From assembly GCA_973851085.1 (NCBI GenBank), contig OZ316775.1, positions 22,196,001 through 22,260,000 on the forward strand: DNA of 64,000 bases, read 5' to 3'. Origin of the DNA: Ptychomitrium polyphyllum (Eukaryota). A program made the translations under genes and the position numbers. The stretch's first letter is position 1; every line of letters starts with the position of its first letter. Shown here in pieces: positions 41,057-52,470 of this stretch. The notes beneath the pieces were generated by a model. The model saw nothing but the letters and a program-made list of their open reading frames with translations, did no database searches and was not told where the DNA came from.

Positions 41057-41967
41057 GTCATGTCAAAATTGAAGTGGAAGAGAAGGATGTTTGTGATGTA
41101 GCTTTCCGTGTTTCAGTGCCCGAGAATGGAACTTAGCAACCTTTCGACGATACATCGGAGTTTGGCAAACTAGCATTTCTATCGTATCATCAAGAAGTCC
41201 GAGTTCATGTGCATCTCAGCGATTGGCATGCAATATTTGTGCTCTTCGTGGCAGAAATTCCCTAACCATCAGATGCTGGTGCAGCGGATCAAATTATCAC
41301 TCCGACAATTGCAGACGATAGCAAGTGGAAAAGTGGCATTAAAGGCGTGCTCATGGATTATCCGCTGGATATCGCCTGGGATTTCTTCTCGGACTGGGCA
41401 AACTGGGGCTGGAGATGGCACACAGCCAGCCTCGTTTGTGAGCTGCGGGAGGGCGAGAACAGAAAGCCAGGCAGCCTGCGCTTTGCCGAATTCCCTAAAT
41501 AGTGGCTATCTGAGCGCATTTTAAGAATTGACAACGGGAAACATTTTTGTTCGAATAACATTGAAAAGCATGATATACATGGTGGAATAAAAGGCTATGT
41601 CGCCTGTATTCAGGTAAGTCTGATAATTAACTCCCAACGCATCTCGGACCATAACCGTCATGTCTCCTAGAAAGTTACGATCTGCAAGTTGTTAGAAAGG
41701 AACCCAATCATCGGATTAATTGATGAATTTAGTCCGTCATAATCATGTTTTGTGCAGTTTCAAGAATATGCTGCTGGGAAGACTCTGGTGGAGTACTGCA
41801 AGTTCGAAGTTGAATCAGTGGAGAACCAGATGCTGGAGTCTTCCTGCGGCTTTCTAGACAATGTCTTGATGAGCATCCTTGTGGACCTTGAAAGGGGAGC
41901 TCGAATGCATGCTGGTGCAGGTCTTGATCCGAAAACCAGCCTGCTCAATCAAAAAATTGCAAATTGA
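41057..41967 (+). pseudogene. SRPBCC/START-fold (polyketide cyclase 2 / lachrymatory-factor-synthase-like) gene with in-frame stops
   Basis: Exon about 41255-41613 reads P*PSDAG..SKWKSGIKGVLMDYPLDIAWDFFSDWANWGW..CELREGENRKPGSLRFAEFPK*WLSERILRID..GIKGYVACIQ (TAA 41263, TAG 41500). GT-AG intron 41614-41757, then last exon 41758-41967 (FQEYAAGKTLVEYCKFEVES). Upstream exon at about 41057-41200 is tentative. Confidence 0.7.
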
Positions 41968-42356
41968 TCGAAGATCGCGCATCACCACCACGTACGAACC
42001 TGATGATCGTCTTCCAACTGAATTTTGTCGACCCGCCTGATCTTAAGTCAGCGTTATATAACATTCTTAGTTTTGTAGCTCAGCTCAATAGTATTGTTAT
42101 GTCAACGATTTCTATTTTTATCTGTACGCTTAGAGCTGTTAGAGCAAATCTCCAAAGAAGGATCGACAAGAATGCAATCTTTGTTGAAATCCACGTTGTA
42201 TATTGATTTTCGTAATGAAGTATCTAGGCCTTATTCAATTATAAGTTACTTCAATCAGGCCGTAAACATGAACGATGTGGAAACTTGCTGATGTCGAATT
42301 TATCCCTGTTTCAAAATTTGGAAGTTTTAACAATTGTAAGAGCTTGATGCTTTAGG

Positions 42357-43060
42357 TTGCCGAGCTTCAGCTCTTCGTCCCCAGTGCCAACACGAGTGTG
42401 TTACGCAGTATCTGGTGCAGCGGAATATCACATGTTGGGAGTGTACCTCCAAAGAGCACTTCTCGTCTTGTTCTTAAATTGTCTCCCCTTATCCTTCATA
42501 GTCTTGGACATGGAGGACGTCTTGGTAACTGTGGGTCAAGATTCCAAGACTGCTCACAAGGCCCAGGAGTACGCGGTGCACCTTCTCCCGAGCCTGTTCG
42601 GCTGTCCACTTTTGCAGCCAGTTGTGAAATTCTTGAACATGCAGAGCGTGGTGGTTCAGATGCTGGTGTGCTCTGTCTCCAATTTGGTATTGCATGCCTG
42701 CATTCTCTTCGCGGTCATCCACATGCTGGGCTTGGGCTTCCGGGGCGAGACTATGGCGATCAGCTAGTCGTTTTGGATCAGTACAGCTCTGCTCATTGAA
42801 CCTGTGAAATTCTCGGAGGTATGCAAGGAAACATGAAAGTGTTTTGCAAGAGAAGGTTTTGTAACCTCTGAGTTCCTGAAGCTTGCCGTTCCTTCCTATG
42901 TCATTTTATGGTAATCTTCCCACTCTTAAGCTTGGACCTAGTAATAAGTCATCACTTCGAACTTCAGTTCTAATGATGGCTCCTGAATTTAAGAAATGAC
43001 AGTACTTTTCCGCAATTTGAAGCATTGCTGTTTCGAAATCCTAGGCTTGAGCTCTCTGCT
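42357..43060 (+). pseudogene. MATE/DTX efflux transporter pseudogene fragment (internal portion only)
   Basis: GAAEYHMLGVYLQRA..GQD..AQEYA..LLQPVVKFLNMQS..LGLGFRG..AIS*SFW..CKET*KCF..EFLKLAVPS, with stops at 42765 and 42834. Donor at 42911; next exon relic CLKHCCFEILGLS lies behind a damaged acceptor (caa) at about 43016. Confidence 0.85.
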
Positions 43061-44931
43061 CTTTCAGTCTAGTAAGTCTAAAGAGAAATCCTGATTGATG
43101 TAGACAGGGGATTTTAGTTTGCTATTGAAGTTCATCTACCAGCTAAGACCATCGCTCTAAACACCTATTATTACAAGTCCAATTAATTATGTTGGTTGCA
43201 GTTGAAGCTCGAACATATTAAACTACATAAAAACCTTTTGCTTCAACTTTGCTCATTGTTATGGGATGCAAGGCGTTCTTTCAAGTGTATTGTGAACAAC
43301 ATCATAATAAAAGATTTTTTTATTTTTTATTAATAATCATAATAAGTGTATTATAAGAATCCTAAAAATCTGCATAATTCCAAAGCTTTAGAGAGACAAC
43401 CTCTTGATCATCTCTTGATGATCCTTATAATCAAAACAACTTAATTAGAGATTATTGACGTAATTATGTATAGTACATTAACACTCCATTTTAATTTAAG
43501 TGATCAAATCAAATTAATTAGGTTTAATCAAATTTTTCTTTTAACAATATGGATAGTCTAAGATATAAGCCAAAACAACAAAAATCATACTTTGGTTGAT
43601 GAAGAGTTTTGATAGAAAGATTAAATGAGCATTTTTTTTATAAAACAATATTAAAGTATAATAGCCTTGGATTCCACTTTTTTTTAAAGGTGGTAGTAGC
43701 ATGTTTCAATATATTTGAGTTTTCCATCAAACTTTGGAAGTTTGGATGTTTTGATAATGTATTAGTTGATTGGTTTCACAAAAAATAGTGATAAGATTGA
43801 CTTGAACATATCACAAATTATTAAGAAGTTATACTAAACATAAAGCCTCTTAAGTTTTTTAAATAGCGGCTACACATGAAATGTACTTAGGTGTTTTATT
43901 GATGAAAATACAACAATAGTTTATTTCTTCATTGCTACAATACAAGGCCTCAATTTAAAGTAAAAACATAATTAGTAATGTATTTATAAGTGTTTGAATC
44001 TCCTACCTAATGGGCATTAGTCCACCTTTTAAGAACAAAGGTAGAGTTTAAATTACCATAAAGTACACAATAGGCATTGATATGTTGTATATATTGTTAA
44101 ATATGTGTAATAATTGACCAATGAAAAATATCTATATTAGTCATAAATTAATTAATTCATGTATAAAAAAGAGGATATTAAAATAGGTACAAGTTTAGGA
44201 GTATAGGAATTAATAAATTGACAAACAACATCATACTTGGGCTACTTTTTGAATTATGTTCGTTTTAACAAGCAAGTTCAACTCATCTTTTGCTTCACAT
44301 TAAATTTTTTTGACAATCAAGTGAGACAATATTAATATATAAAAAAAATAAGAACTTTGTCAATTTTTAAAATGACAATAAGCAAGAGCTGGTTTTAAAC
44401 AAGAATGTGTAATTGAGACAAATAAATATTCTTTAACCAACCATCATAAAACCTTAGAATAAGACATTGAACCTCGTTTATTCTTTACTTTATTAATATG
44501 ATCTACCTTTTGTTAATGTTTAAATTGAAGGTTTTTTATGAATTTTATTTTAAAAGGGTATTTAAATTACAATATTTTGTATAATTATTTTAGTTAAGTT
44601 AAACTAGCACTTTAGCTATTTCAATTTTGAGTGAAAATTTCCATTTCAATTCTAGTTGAATAGTTGTTTTATTTGTTTTCAGATTTTGGCGCATAATTTA
44701 GTCAAAAAAAATAATTTATATGCTTAGAAAAATAAATGTAAATGACAACTGAACAGGTTGATAGAGAGTTAGGGATATGATAAGAAACACCTAGACAAAG
44801 TGACATTATAAAACCTCCTCAAATCGGGTATGACTAACATTCAGTTATACCTTTCTAAAATAACCGCAACGTTTAGCATCTAGAATAGTTGCCCATAAAT
44901 AGTTCAAACACATCTGGGATCCCGAACAGAT

Positions 44932-45731
44932 AATGCCGACTTTGTCACAGCACAGTATATACCGTCACGGCAATCTACTGTTCTCAGGTATTTGGGGCAT
45001 GCCGACATGCGCGGATGAGTCATAAAGGAAATCTAAATTTCAACATGTTCGTGTCCAGTAATACAGTGGAACAGTACGTTGCCGACCTGTTTACCCAAGT
45101 TCATGCATGTTAAATGTTCAGTTCAGAGTCAAAGTGAATACTCGAAATTACGATCGTCTCAGACTTCTACTGCCGCTTTAAACAATTCATATTACAATTG
45201 CTTACCGAGAATTCACTAGGGCTAGTATGGACATATTCTTGAAGCGTATAATATCTTGTTGCATTGCATTACTTTTTTCATTGTAGGATATTTCTTTGGT
45301 GCCGTATGAAAAAAAATCACAAAAATAGTGTTGACTTTATGACATCTACTGGACTGACGAAACATATACACTTCTCAATTGCGACAAGCGACAGTAATCA
45401 CAACCAAAACAGTGTTCACAACCAAACCAAGATGTAATGACATGAAAGAAGCTGAGGTGGAAGTTCAAGCTCCAAGTCCATTCTGCTCATTCGAGAGTTC
45501 GACTCCACTCCATGCCGACATATTCATCTTGACGCCGACATATTCACCTGATGAAGCAGTGGGTTTGCTGGCACCTTCTTCGGGAAAATAACCGAGTCTA
45601 CATGCACAGGAACATGTGGCTGCACACCACGACGACAGGGCACCAGCAGACTTGAAAGCAATTTTTGAAGATCCGACGACACTAAAGTTTCAACCTGAAA
45701 CCATTGCCATAAGAATTCTGGCAGTATATAA
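44932..45731 (+). promoter_or_regulatory. Promoter of GLP copy 1: cluster of GCCGAC (DRE/CRT core) sites and a TATA box
   Basis: GCCGAC at 44935, 45001, 45081, 45514 and 45534 (the last two lie in a 13-nt direct repeat gccgacatattca). TATATAA at 45725-45731. Confidence 0.55.
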
Positions 45732-45873
45732 TACGTGACCTCCACTCTAGAATTCCAACATTCACATAAGTTGTCATCTCAAGTCTTTCCCCTTCTCCTC
45801 CCAACTAAGACATCGGAGTTATCAGCAGTAGTGTCTCACGTGTCTCGACATCTTGTGCCTTCATTCTATCCAC

Positions 45874-46536
45874 ATGGCGAAGCTCATGCTTGCGTTTGTG
45901 GCGGCCGCTCTTCTGGTGACCTGTGCGTCGGCTGGCGATCCCAGCCCCATCAACGACTTCTGCGTGGCGGACCTCAAGAGCGCGTTCATGTTCAACGGCC
46001 TGGCGTGCAAGGGCCCGTCGATGGTGATGCCCGAGGACTTCCTGTTCAAGGGCTTCCGCATGGACGCCCTCACCAACAACTCGGCCGGGATCGGCATCAT
46101 CCCCGGGTTCGCTGGAGTGAACTACCCCGCGCTCAACACGATGGGACTGTCACTGGCCAAGATCAACTACGCCAAGGGCGGTCTCGTGCCTCCTCACACC
46201 CACCCGAGGGCCGCTGAGGTGATCACCGTGTTGAAGGGCGAGGTGTACATGGGATTCGTGGACACCGCAGGCAAGCTGTACGCCGCGACGCTGAAGAAGA
46301 GCGACTTCTTCTTGTTCCCCGAGGGCCTGGTACACTTCCAGCTCAATGTGGGCAGCGGGGCCGCGCTGACCCTGTCGGTGCTGAACGCGCAGAACCCCGG
46401 CATCCAGGTCATTGCGTCGTCGCTGTTCGGGTCGACTCCATTCATCAGCGACGAGGTATTGGAGAAGGCGTTCGGGATTGACACCAAGACGGTGGACATG
46501 ATCAAGAAGGTTTTCGTGCCAAGCTACGGGGGTTAA
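45874..46536 (+). CDS. GLP: Germin-like protein (cupin), copy 1, intronless, 220 aa
   Basis: Signal peptide; box A DFCVAD; box B GGLVPPHTHPRAAEV; box C FPEGLVHFQ. All metal ligands (H,H,E,H) intact. ATG at 45874; the ORF track starts upstream at a non-ATG codon. Confidence 0.96.
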   Translation: MAKLMLAFVAAALLVTCASAGDPSPINDFCVADLKSAFMFNGLACKGPSMVMPEDFLFKGFRMDALTNNSAGIGIIPGFAGVNYPALNTMGLSLAKINYAKGGLVPPHTHPRAAEVITVLKGEVYMGFVDTAGKLYAATLKKSDFFLFPEGLVHFQLNVGSGAALTLSVLNAQNPGIQVIASSLFGSTPFISDEVLEKAFGIDTKTVDMIKKVFVPSYGG

Positions 46537-49087
46537 TTCATCACCTCATTTCAAAAGTCCTGCAAAAGGAGCACTGGCTAGATAGCCAATCGGTAGACGG
46601 TTGAGAATTGCTGATGCTAGGCATACTGTACCATGTATTGTAGAGTTATGGGAAGTGCACATGGGATTTTTCTAGTAGTATTCTGTATCGTATCATTTTC
46701 CTTGGTGTGTAATATGTCAATGCTAACCGGTGTTGGCAATCAAAGATACAATAGAAGTCAATAGATCGAATAAGTGGTCGAATCACCCCACTTGTATTTA
46801 CGGTGTTCATGCCTAAAAGCTTGGTCGAGTTTCACTCGAAATATATACAAAGATGTCCTCTGGACACTGATGTTACATTACCTCTGTTTTTGTCCTGTTT
46901 GTATATACTAAAATGACGGGGGTATTTTCCAATGTTGAGTTATACCGTTCTTGTTCCGATGACGTAGAATTGTCAGAGTCGGCTTGACTGCACGGAACCG
47001 AACCCACCGTTACCAAGTACAACGGGCAGCAGGTTGCGATTTGATTATGTTAACGATTCAGTGTGATTAATATTCATGTGAAAAGTAGTAAATGTTTGTC
47101 TCAGTTCTGACAGCTCCTTTCCAAACTTTGTCATGATACATTTCTGACATGATAAATTTTGCGAGAACATATTTCTTATCATTGGCAATGCCTGTACAAT
47201 TTAATAGTGAAGCTTGTTGTGAGCATTGTCGTCCCCGTATAAATTATTCATGAGAATTGCTGCAAGTTCGCTATCTTCCAATGCAGGGACGGCCGCCTGC
47301 GGAGGTCCGAGAACAATCGTTAGTGAAGTCATTCCTTTTCCCCCCCTTTTGAAACATCAATTCCTTCAACACTGACTTACAGAATGAGAACTTCTTTCAA
47401 TCGCGCCTAAAAATGACAACTGTAATGTGTTGTATCCTTTTGTCACGATAATAGGAAGCTGCAAGCTGTAGACAGCGTGAAATTTTATTAAAATAGGAAA
47501 GGTCCTCAATTCGGGCAAGACTGAATTTGAGGAACACCTTTTTAGATTCCTACTTTATGCATATTCTGATTTCTGACCTTAAATAGTGGCTAGTCTACTG
47601 TGTGGGATTGCATGGGAACAATGCCGACTTGGATACAGCACATCACCGAGTTTACCACCGATACATGCACTTGTACCAGGCAAATTATACGGATAACTCT
47701 TCTTCATATAAGTTGGAGGGCAATAATTTTCGAGGACTTTCCTTGATTACTTCAGTCAACTCTACCACTTCAATTGTCACAACTTACTCTCAAAGTTCAT
47801 ATTCTGCCATTATTTTTTGGATTTGGTGCATATTATACCTTTCTTTTAGTTTAAAATCAAGAAATTAAAACTTTCATGTTGAAGGTAAAATTGAAGTAAC
47901 AATGGTGTTATATCACTTTGTGTTTGATTTTGATCAACAAATTGAAAACTACAATGCAACTCCAATGTTCACAATACTCTTTATGCTCAAAGTAATTGTT
48001 TCTTAAAAATCTTCTAAGCAATTTCGCACATTTGACACACATGGAATCTATTTAAGAAAATTGTCATTTTAGTAGCAAGAAGCCATGCATCCACATCATT
48101 TACAAATTTTGAGTAAATACAATATTTATTTATATGGCTAATATAATTAGTACATATACAAGAATGAAGATGATTATAGAAATGTCTCAATTTTCTCACC
48201 ACTGAAGGCTTAAGCATGGATGATGTGGTTTCAAAGTACATACTTGTATTTCAAGCATGGCTAATTTAATTCAGACATTCTTTTAATGAGATCATTATAC
48301 ATGCTTTGGTTTATTCTACTATGTCCTATTCAAAGCAAAGCATCCATATCAAATGAAAGTGAATTGAACATACACTACCAAAAACAATAGTCAATTAAGC
48401 CACTATAATTTCTTAATGGAAGATTATGTTAGTTGTATTTAAGACATTTGATTGTATTCACAGAATACCTCGACTAATCTTCATTTTTGGTAATAATATG
48501 TCTCAAAATAATATGTGAAGGCACCTTAATTTCCACTTCATCATATCATTTTCAAGAGCATTATTAAGAGAGGTTTGAAGGGCACTGAAGTGTTCAATCT
48601 GGAACATAGAGCATTGGTTCAATGGTGTAGTTTAGTTCTACCTGCATGCCGACATCTTTGCCAGATATTATAAGAAACTAATTGCAAGTAAATACCAAAA
48701 TACTATTCAGATTTGCTGATAGGTAGAAGTGCTTTCAAAGAGTAGTGCGATGCTATTGGCATATACCGGGTGATAAGCTCATCCATCTACACTAATCTGG
48801 GCCAACAAAAATGCGGCATCATAATCTTTCCTAACTGATATTTGCCCTTGACAGGAATGCGGTGATACATGCGCATAGGACTCTACGCAGGTGAACAGTA
48901 TTCATCTCTACTCCGACAAATTCACGAAAAAGGAAGCACTAAAATCGGTGAATCGGGCCTTTCACCCGGAGGGCAAACCAGTACAACTCCACCATGTGGT
49001 TGTGCGCCTCGTCTGGGCCCACTAACATACTGTACAGCAGTTTGCTTGGCGGCCTTCAGAAACGAGTCGACATTGACAAACCCTGGA

Positions 49088-49094
49088 TATATAA
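49088..49094 (+). promoter_or_regulatory. TATA box of GLP copy 2
   Basis: TATATAA followed by gtacgt, 140 nt upstream of the ATG. Same context and spacing as copy 1 (tatataatacgt, 149 nt upstream). Confidence 0.6.
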
Positions 49095-49227
49095 GTACGT
49101 AATACAACTTCAAATCTTCATCAGCAGTTCCGAGCAACATCTTCTGAAGTATTTCCCTCTTCAGTTCAGAACCAGTCATATCAGTACTGCGATAGTATCT
49201 GTGGATTTTGTGTGCTAACTTGTCGAC

Positions 49228-49890
49228 ATGGCGAAGCTCATGCTTGCGTTTGTGGCGGCCGCTCTTCTGGTGACCTGTGCGTCGGCTGGCGATCCCAGCC
49301 CCATCAACGACTTCTGCGTGGCGGACCTCAAGAGCGCGTTCATGTTCAACGGCCTGGCGTGCAAGGGCCCGTCGATGGTGATGCCCGAGGACTTCCTGTT
49401 CAAGGGCTTCCGCATGAACGCCCTCACCAACAACTCGGCCGGGATCGGCATCATCCCCGGGTTCGCTGGAGTGAACTACCCCGCGCTCAACACGATGGGA
49501 CTGTCACTGGCCAAGATCAACTACGCCAAGGGCGGTCTCGTGCCTCCTCACACCCACCCGAGGGCCGCTGAGGTGATCACCGTGTTGAAGGGCGAGGTGT
49601 ACATGGGATTCGTGGACACCGCAGGCAAGCTGTACGCCGCGACGCTGAAGAAGAGCGACTTCTTCTTGTTCCCCGAGGGCCTGGTACACTTCCAGCTCAA
49701 TGTGGGCAGCGGGGCCGCGCTGACCCTGTCGGTGCTGAACGCGCAGAACCCCGGCATCCAGGTCATTGCGTCGTCGCTGTTCGGGTCGACTCCATTCATC
49801 AGCGACGAGGTATTGGAGAAGGCGTTCGGGATTGACACCAAGACGGTGGACATGATCAAGAAGGTTTTCGTGCCAAGCTACGGAGGCTGA
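49228..49890 (+). CDS. GLP: Germin-like protein (cupin), copy 2, intronless, 220 aa
   Basis: Same motifs as copy 1. The protein differs only by D64N. Confidence 0.96.
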   Translation: MAKLMLAFVAAALLVTCASAGDPSPINDFCVADLKSAFMFNGLACKGPSMVMPEDFLFKGFRMNALTNNSAGIGIIPGFAGVNYPALNTMGLSLAKINYAKGGLVPPHTHPRAAEVITVLKGEVYMGFVDTAGKLYAATLKKSDFFLFPEGLVHFQLNVGSGAALTLSVLNAQNPGIQVIASSLFGSTPFISDEVLEKAFGIDTKTVDMIKKVFVPSYGG

Positions 49891-51525
49891 TAACTTCAAG
49901 AGCCTGGATCGTGAAGCTGTGGCATCGCAACAGCTACTCTTGGGACGGATGAGTGGATGTGCAGATGGCGGACGACTTTGTAATATCGAGTAATGCTAGT
50001 TCTGCAGATCATGCTCCCGATGACATTTGTTTGTCGGAACCTATTTTAGATTCGATTTGTTAGCTATCCTTTGTTGGCTTCTCTGATGATTTACTGAATA
50101 AAGGATTGTGTGTTTGCTTCTTTGATTTATTTGTGTTGAGGAATTTGGTTGATTAGAAACGGATATGTTCATTAAAGTCTACCCACTGATACATTACTTG
50201 CACATTTTATCTTTTTTGATCTGAAGCAATTATTTTTATTATGCTTGTGCCGATGCTGAGTGACACCCTATTTCATATGCCCACTGCACTGTTGATGATG
50301 TTGGAAACTTTGAGAGTCAGTCAGATTTATAGGCTAATATGTAATTAAATGTTTAGTGCAGACTAGTTCAAATTTCTCATCCTTAAAGCGTCTACGTAAT
50401 TATTTTGTACGCCGTAAATCGTTGAAGTACTCCTTGAGTTACTGCGCTGTGTATTATTTTGTTTGATTTATTAGTTGCTGCTAAGCTACAGGTGTCATAT
50501 CGAAGCGGCGATGTTTGTTGAGAACCCAGACCTTCAGTCTCCACCCTTCTACTGCCTCGGAAGAGAATATGCAGGGCCACTGAAAACGAGATCTGTGACA
50601 GAATCTAAAGAAAGAGATGAGCTTTTACAAAAACGAAGCACATCAATTGCAACAGATTACAACAGGTTAAGTCCATCATGAGTAAACGAGACAGAATTTA
50701 GATTTTAATCACGTCGACAGAGGAAAGTTGATAATGAAAGTAGAAATCGTGGAGCGAGAAAACCGCGGACGGGGGTTCATATCTTCTGGAGACTAGGCGG
50801 GAAGACGAACGGATGACTCATGACGGTCAGACTGAAAAACTTCTGATAGCCTGTTGAGATCGAAGGCGTTGGACGGAGGGACGTCTTGGGTGGATCAAGA
50901 ATCTCGATTGCTGCCAACCATAGTCGAGAGGATGGTCAATATTTCATCGCAGCCGTGTTCAAGAATTGGGTCAAGAGTTATACTAACTGACTTGTTAAAA
51001 CGGTAGTGATCTCCCATCCACCTGGATATCTAAGAACTTGCCACAGCTCTACATCTCCACACCTCCAATCTTTATCAGCACCTCCAGTCATTTGTCAAGT
51101 GTCCGAGCATCTGATTTTGGACGTCCTGGGGGTTTCACGTCCCAAGTAACATCCGGACGACTATTTAAGGAGAGGATGTTACCTCTAGCAGCATTCAAAA
51201 TTTGGACAGTAATTTTTTTTATTGTCCAGCCAACTGCCTTGAATTCTTGACCCGAACTGAGAAAGGTAGACAAGGTTAGAAAGACGGATGGAGATTCAAA
51301 TTGGGTCTGTGTGTCCGGATGCATCTGTCTGTTCCGATGCGTCGTGAACCAATCGTTGAATGGGGCATGGAAGGATCTCATTACCAATCCATGTAAACGC
51401 TACAACACATCAATCTAAAACAATACTACCTTGTGTCTAATCCTGGGGTAAAATCCAGAAGTCCAATGACAGTCCATTCTTCAGGAACCATTACATTTGG
51501 ACGTTAGGGGAGGTCCCCATCCCAA

Positions 51526-51590
51526 TGTCCAAACGCTGGACAACATTGTTTTGCATTTTTGCTTAATGTCCAAACGCTTGTCCAAACGCT
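51526..51590. repeat. Three copies of TGTCCAAACGCT just upstream of the GLP pseudogene
   Basis: Copies at 51526-51537, 51567-51578 and 51579-51590. Opposite-orientation cores TTTGGAC at about 51116, 51201 and 51496. Confidence 0.8.
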
Positions 51591-51685
51591 TAGAGGTGCC
51601 ATCAGAATTTCAGTTTTGTCTTAATCTTTTTTTGTCAGAATTATCATAAGGGGTACCGGAACTGGAACCCCAGTCTGATATCAAA

Positions 51686-52470
51686 ATGGCCAAGCTTATG
51701 TTTACGTTTGTAGGTATGGCTATGGCTACGGCCACTTGTGTGTGGGCAGATGACTCCAGTCCCATCGACGACATCTGCGTCGCAGATTCCAAGATGACGG
51801 TCATGTTCAGAGGCCCAGTGTGCAAGAGCCTGGAAATGGTGGGGGCGGAGGATTTCAAATTCAAGGGCTTCGGCATGAATGCCGACACCAACAATTGCAT
51901 GGGGTCGGCGTCACCCTCAGGTTGGCAGGTATAGGCTATCCGGCACTCAACACACACGGCTTCGCACTGGCGAAGATCAACAGCGCCAAGATGGAGCTAG
52001 CGACACCCTGCACACACACCAAAGACGCCGCGGTAATCACGGTGACCGAGGGCGAGATGTATGTGAGATTCGTGAACACCATGGGAAAGCTGTACGCCGT
52101 GACGCTGAAGGTGGGCGACTGGTTCGTGTTTCCCTGGGGACTCGTGCGTTTCTGGCGCAACATGGGCACCAACCACGCCACAACGTTATCGGTGTTGAAC
52201 GCGCAGAACCCCAGCATCCAGATGGTTGCCGAAGCATTGTGTAGATCCATGCCGACCATCAAGCGCCAAGTTCTGAGCAAGGCGTTCACATTCTCCAGTA
52301 AGACGATGGACTGGATCAAGATGAGCTTCATGATGCTTTCCATGCATGAAATGTCCCATGCAGGCTCTCGTGATGCCCATGTCTGCTCCGGAGTAAGCAA
52401 GCTTGGCAGAACTAAGACAAGATTCTGCTGCATTATTTTATTAGTGTATGCAGAATTTACTTACATATAA
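51686..52470 (+). pseudogene. Germin-like protein pseudogene (copy 3)
   Basis: Colinear with copies 1 and 2, but with a 1-nt frameshift at about 51901-51905 and loss of metal ligands (PPHTHPRAAEV to TPCTHTKDAAV; GLVHFQ to GLVRFW). The original stop is lost; homology ends at about 52330. Confidence 0.9.

Noticed and set aside
45735..49899. Overlapping alternative-frame and antisense ORFs on both GLP genes
   Set aside because: Explained by high GC3 codon bias; they recur only because the CDSs are near-identical.
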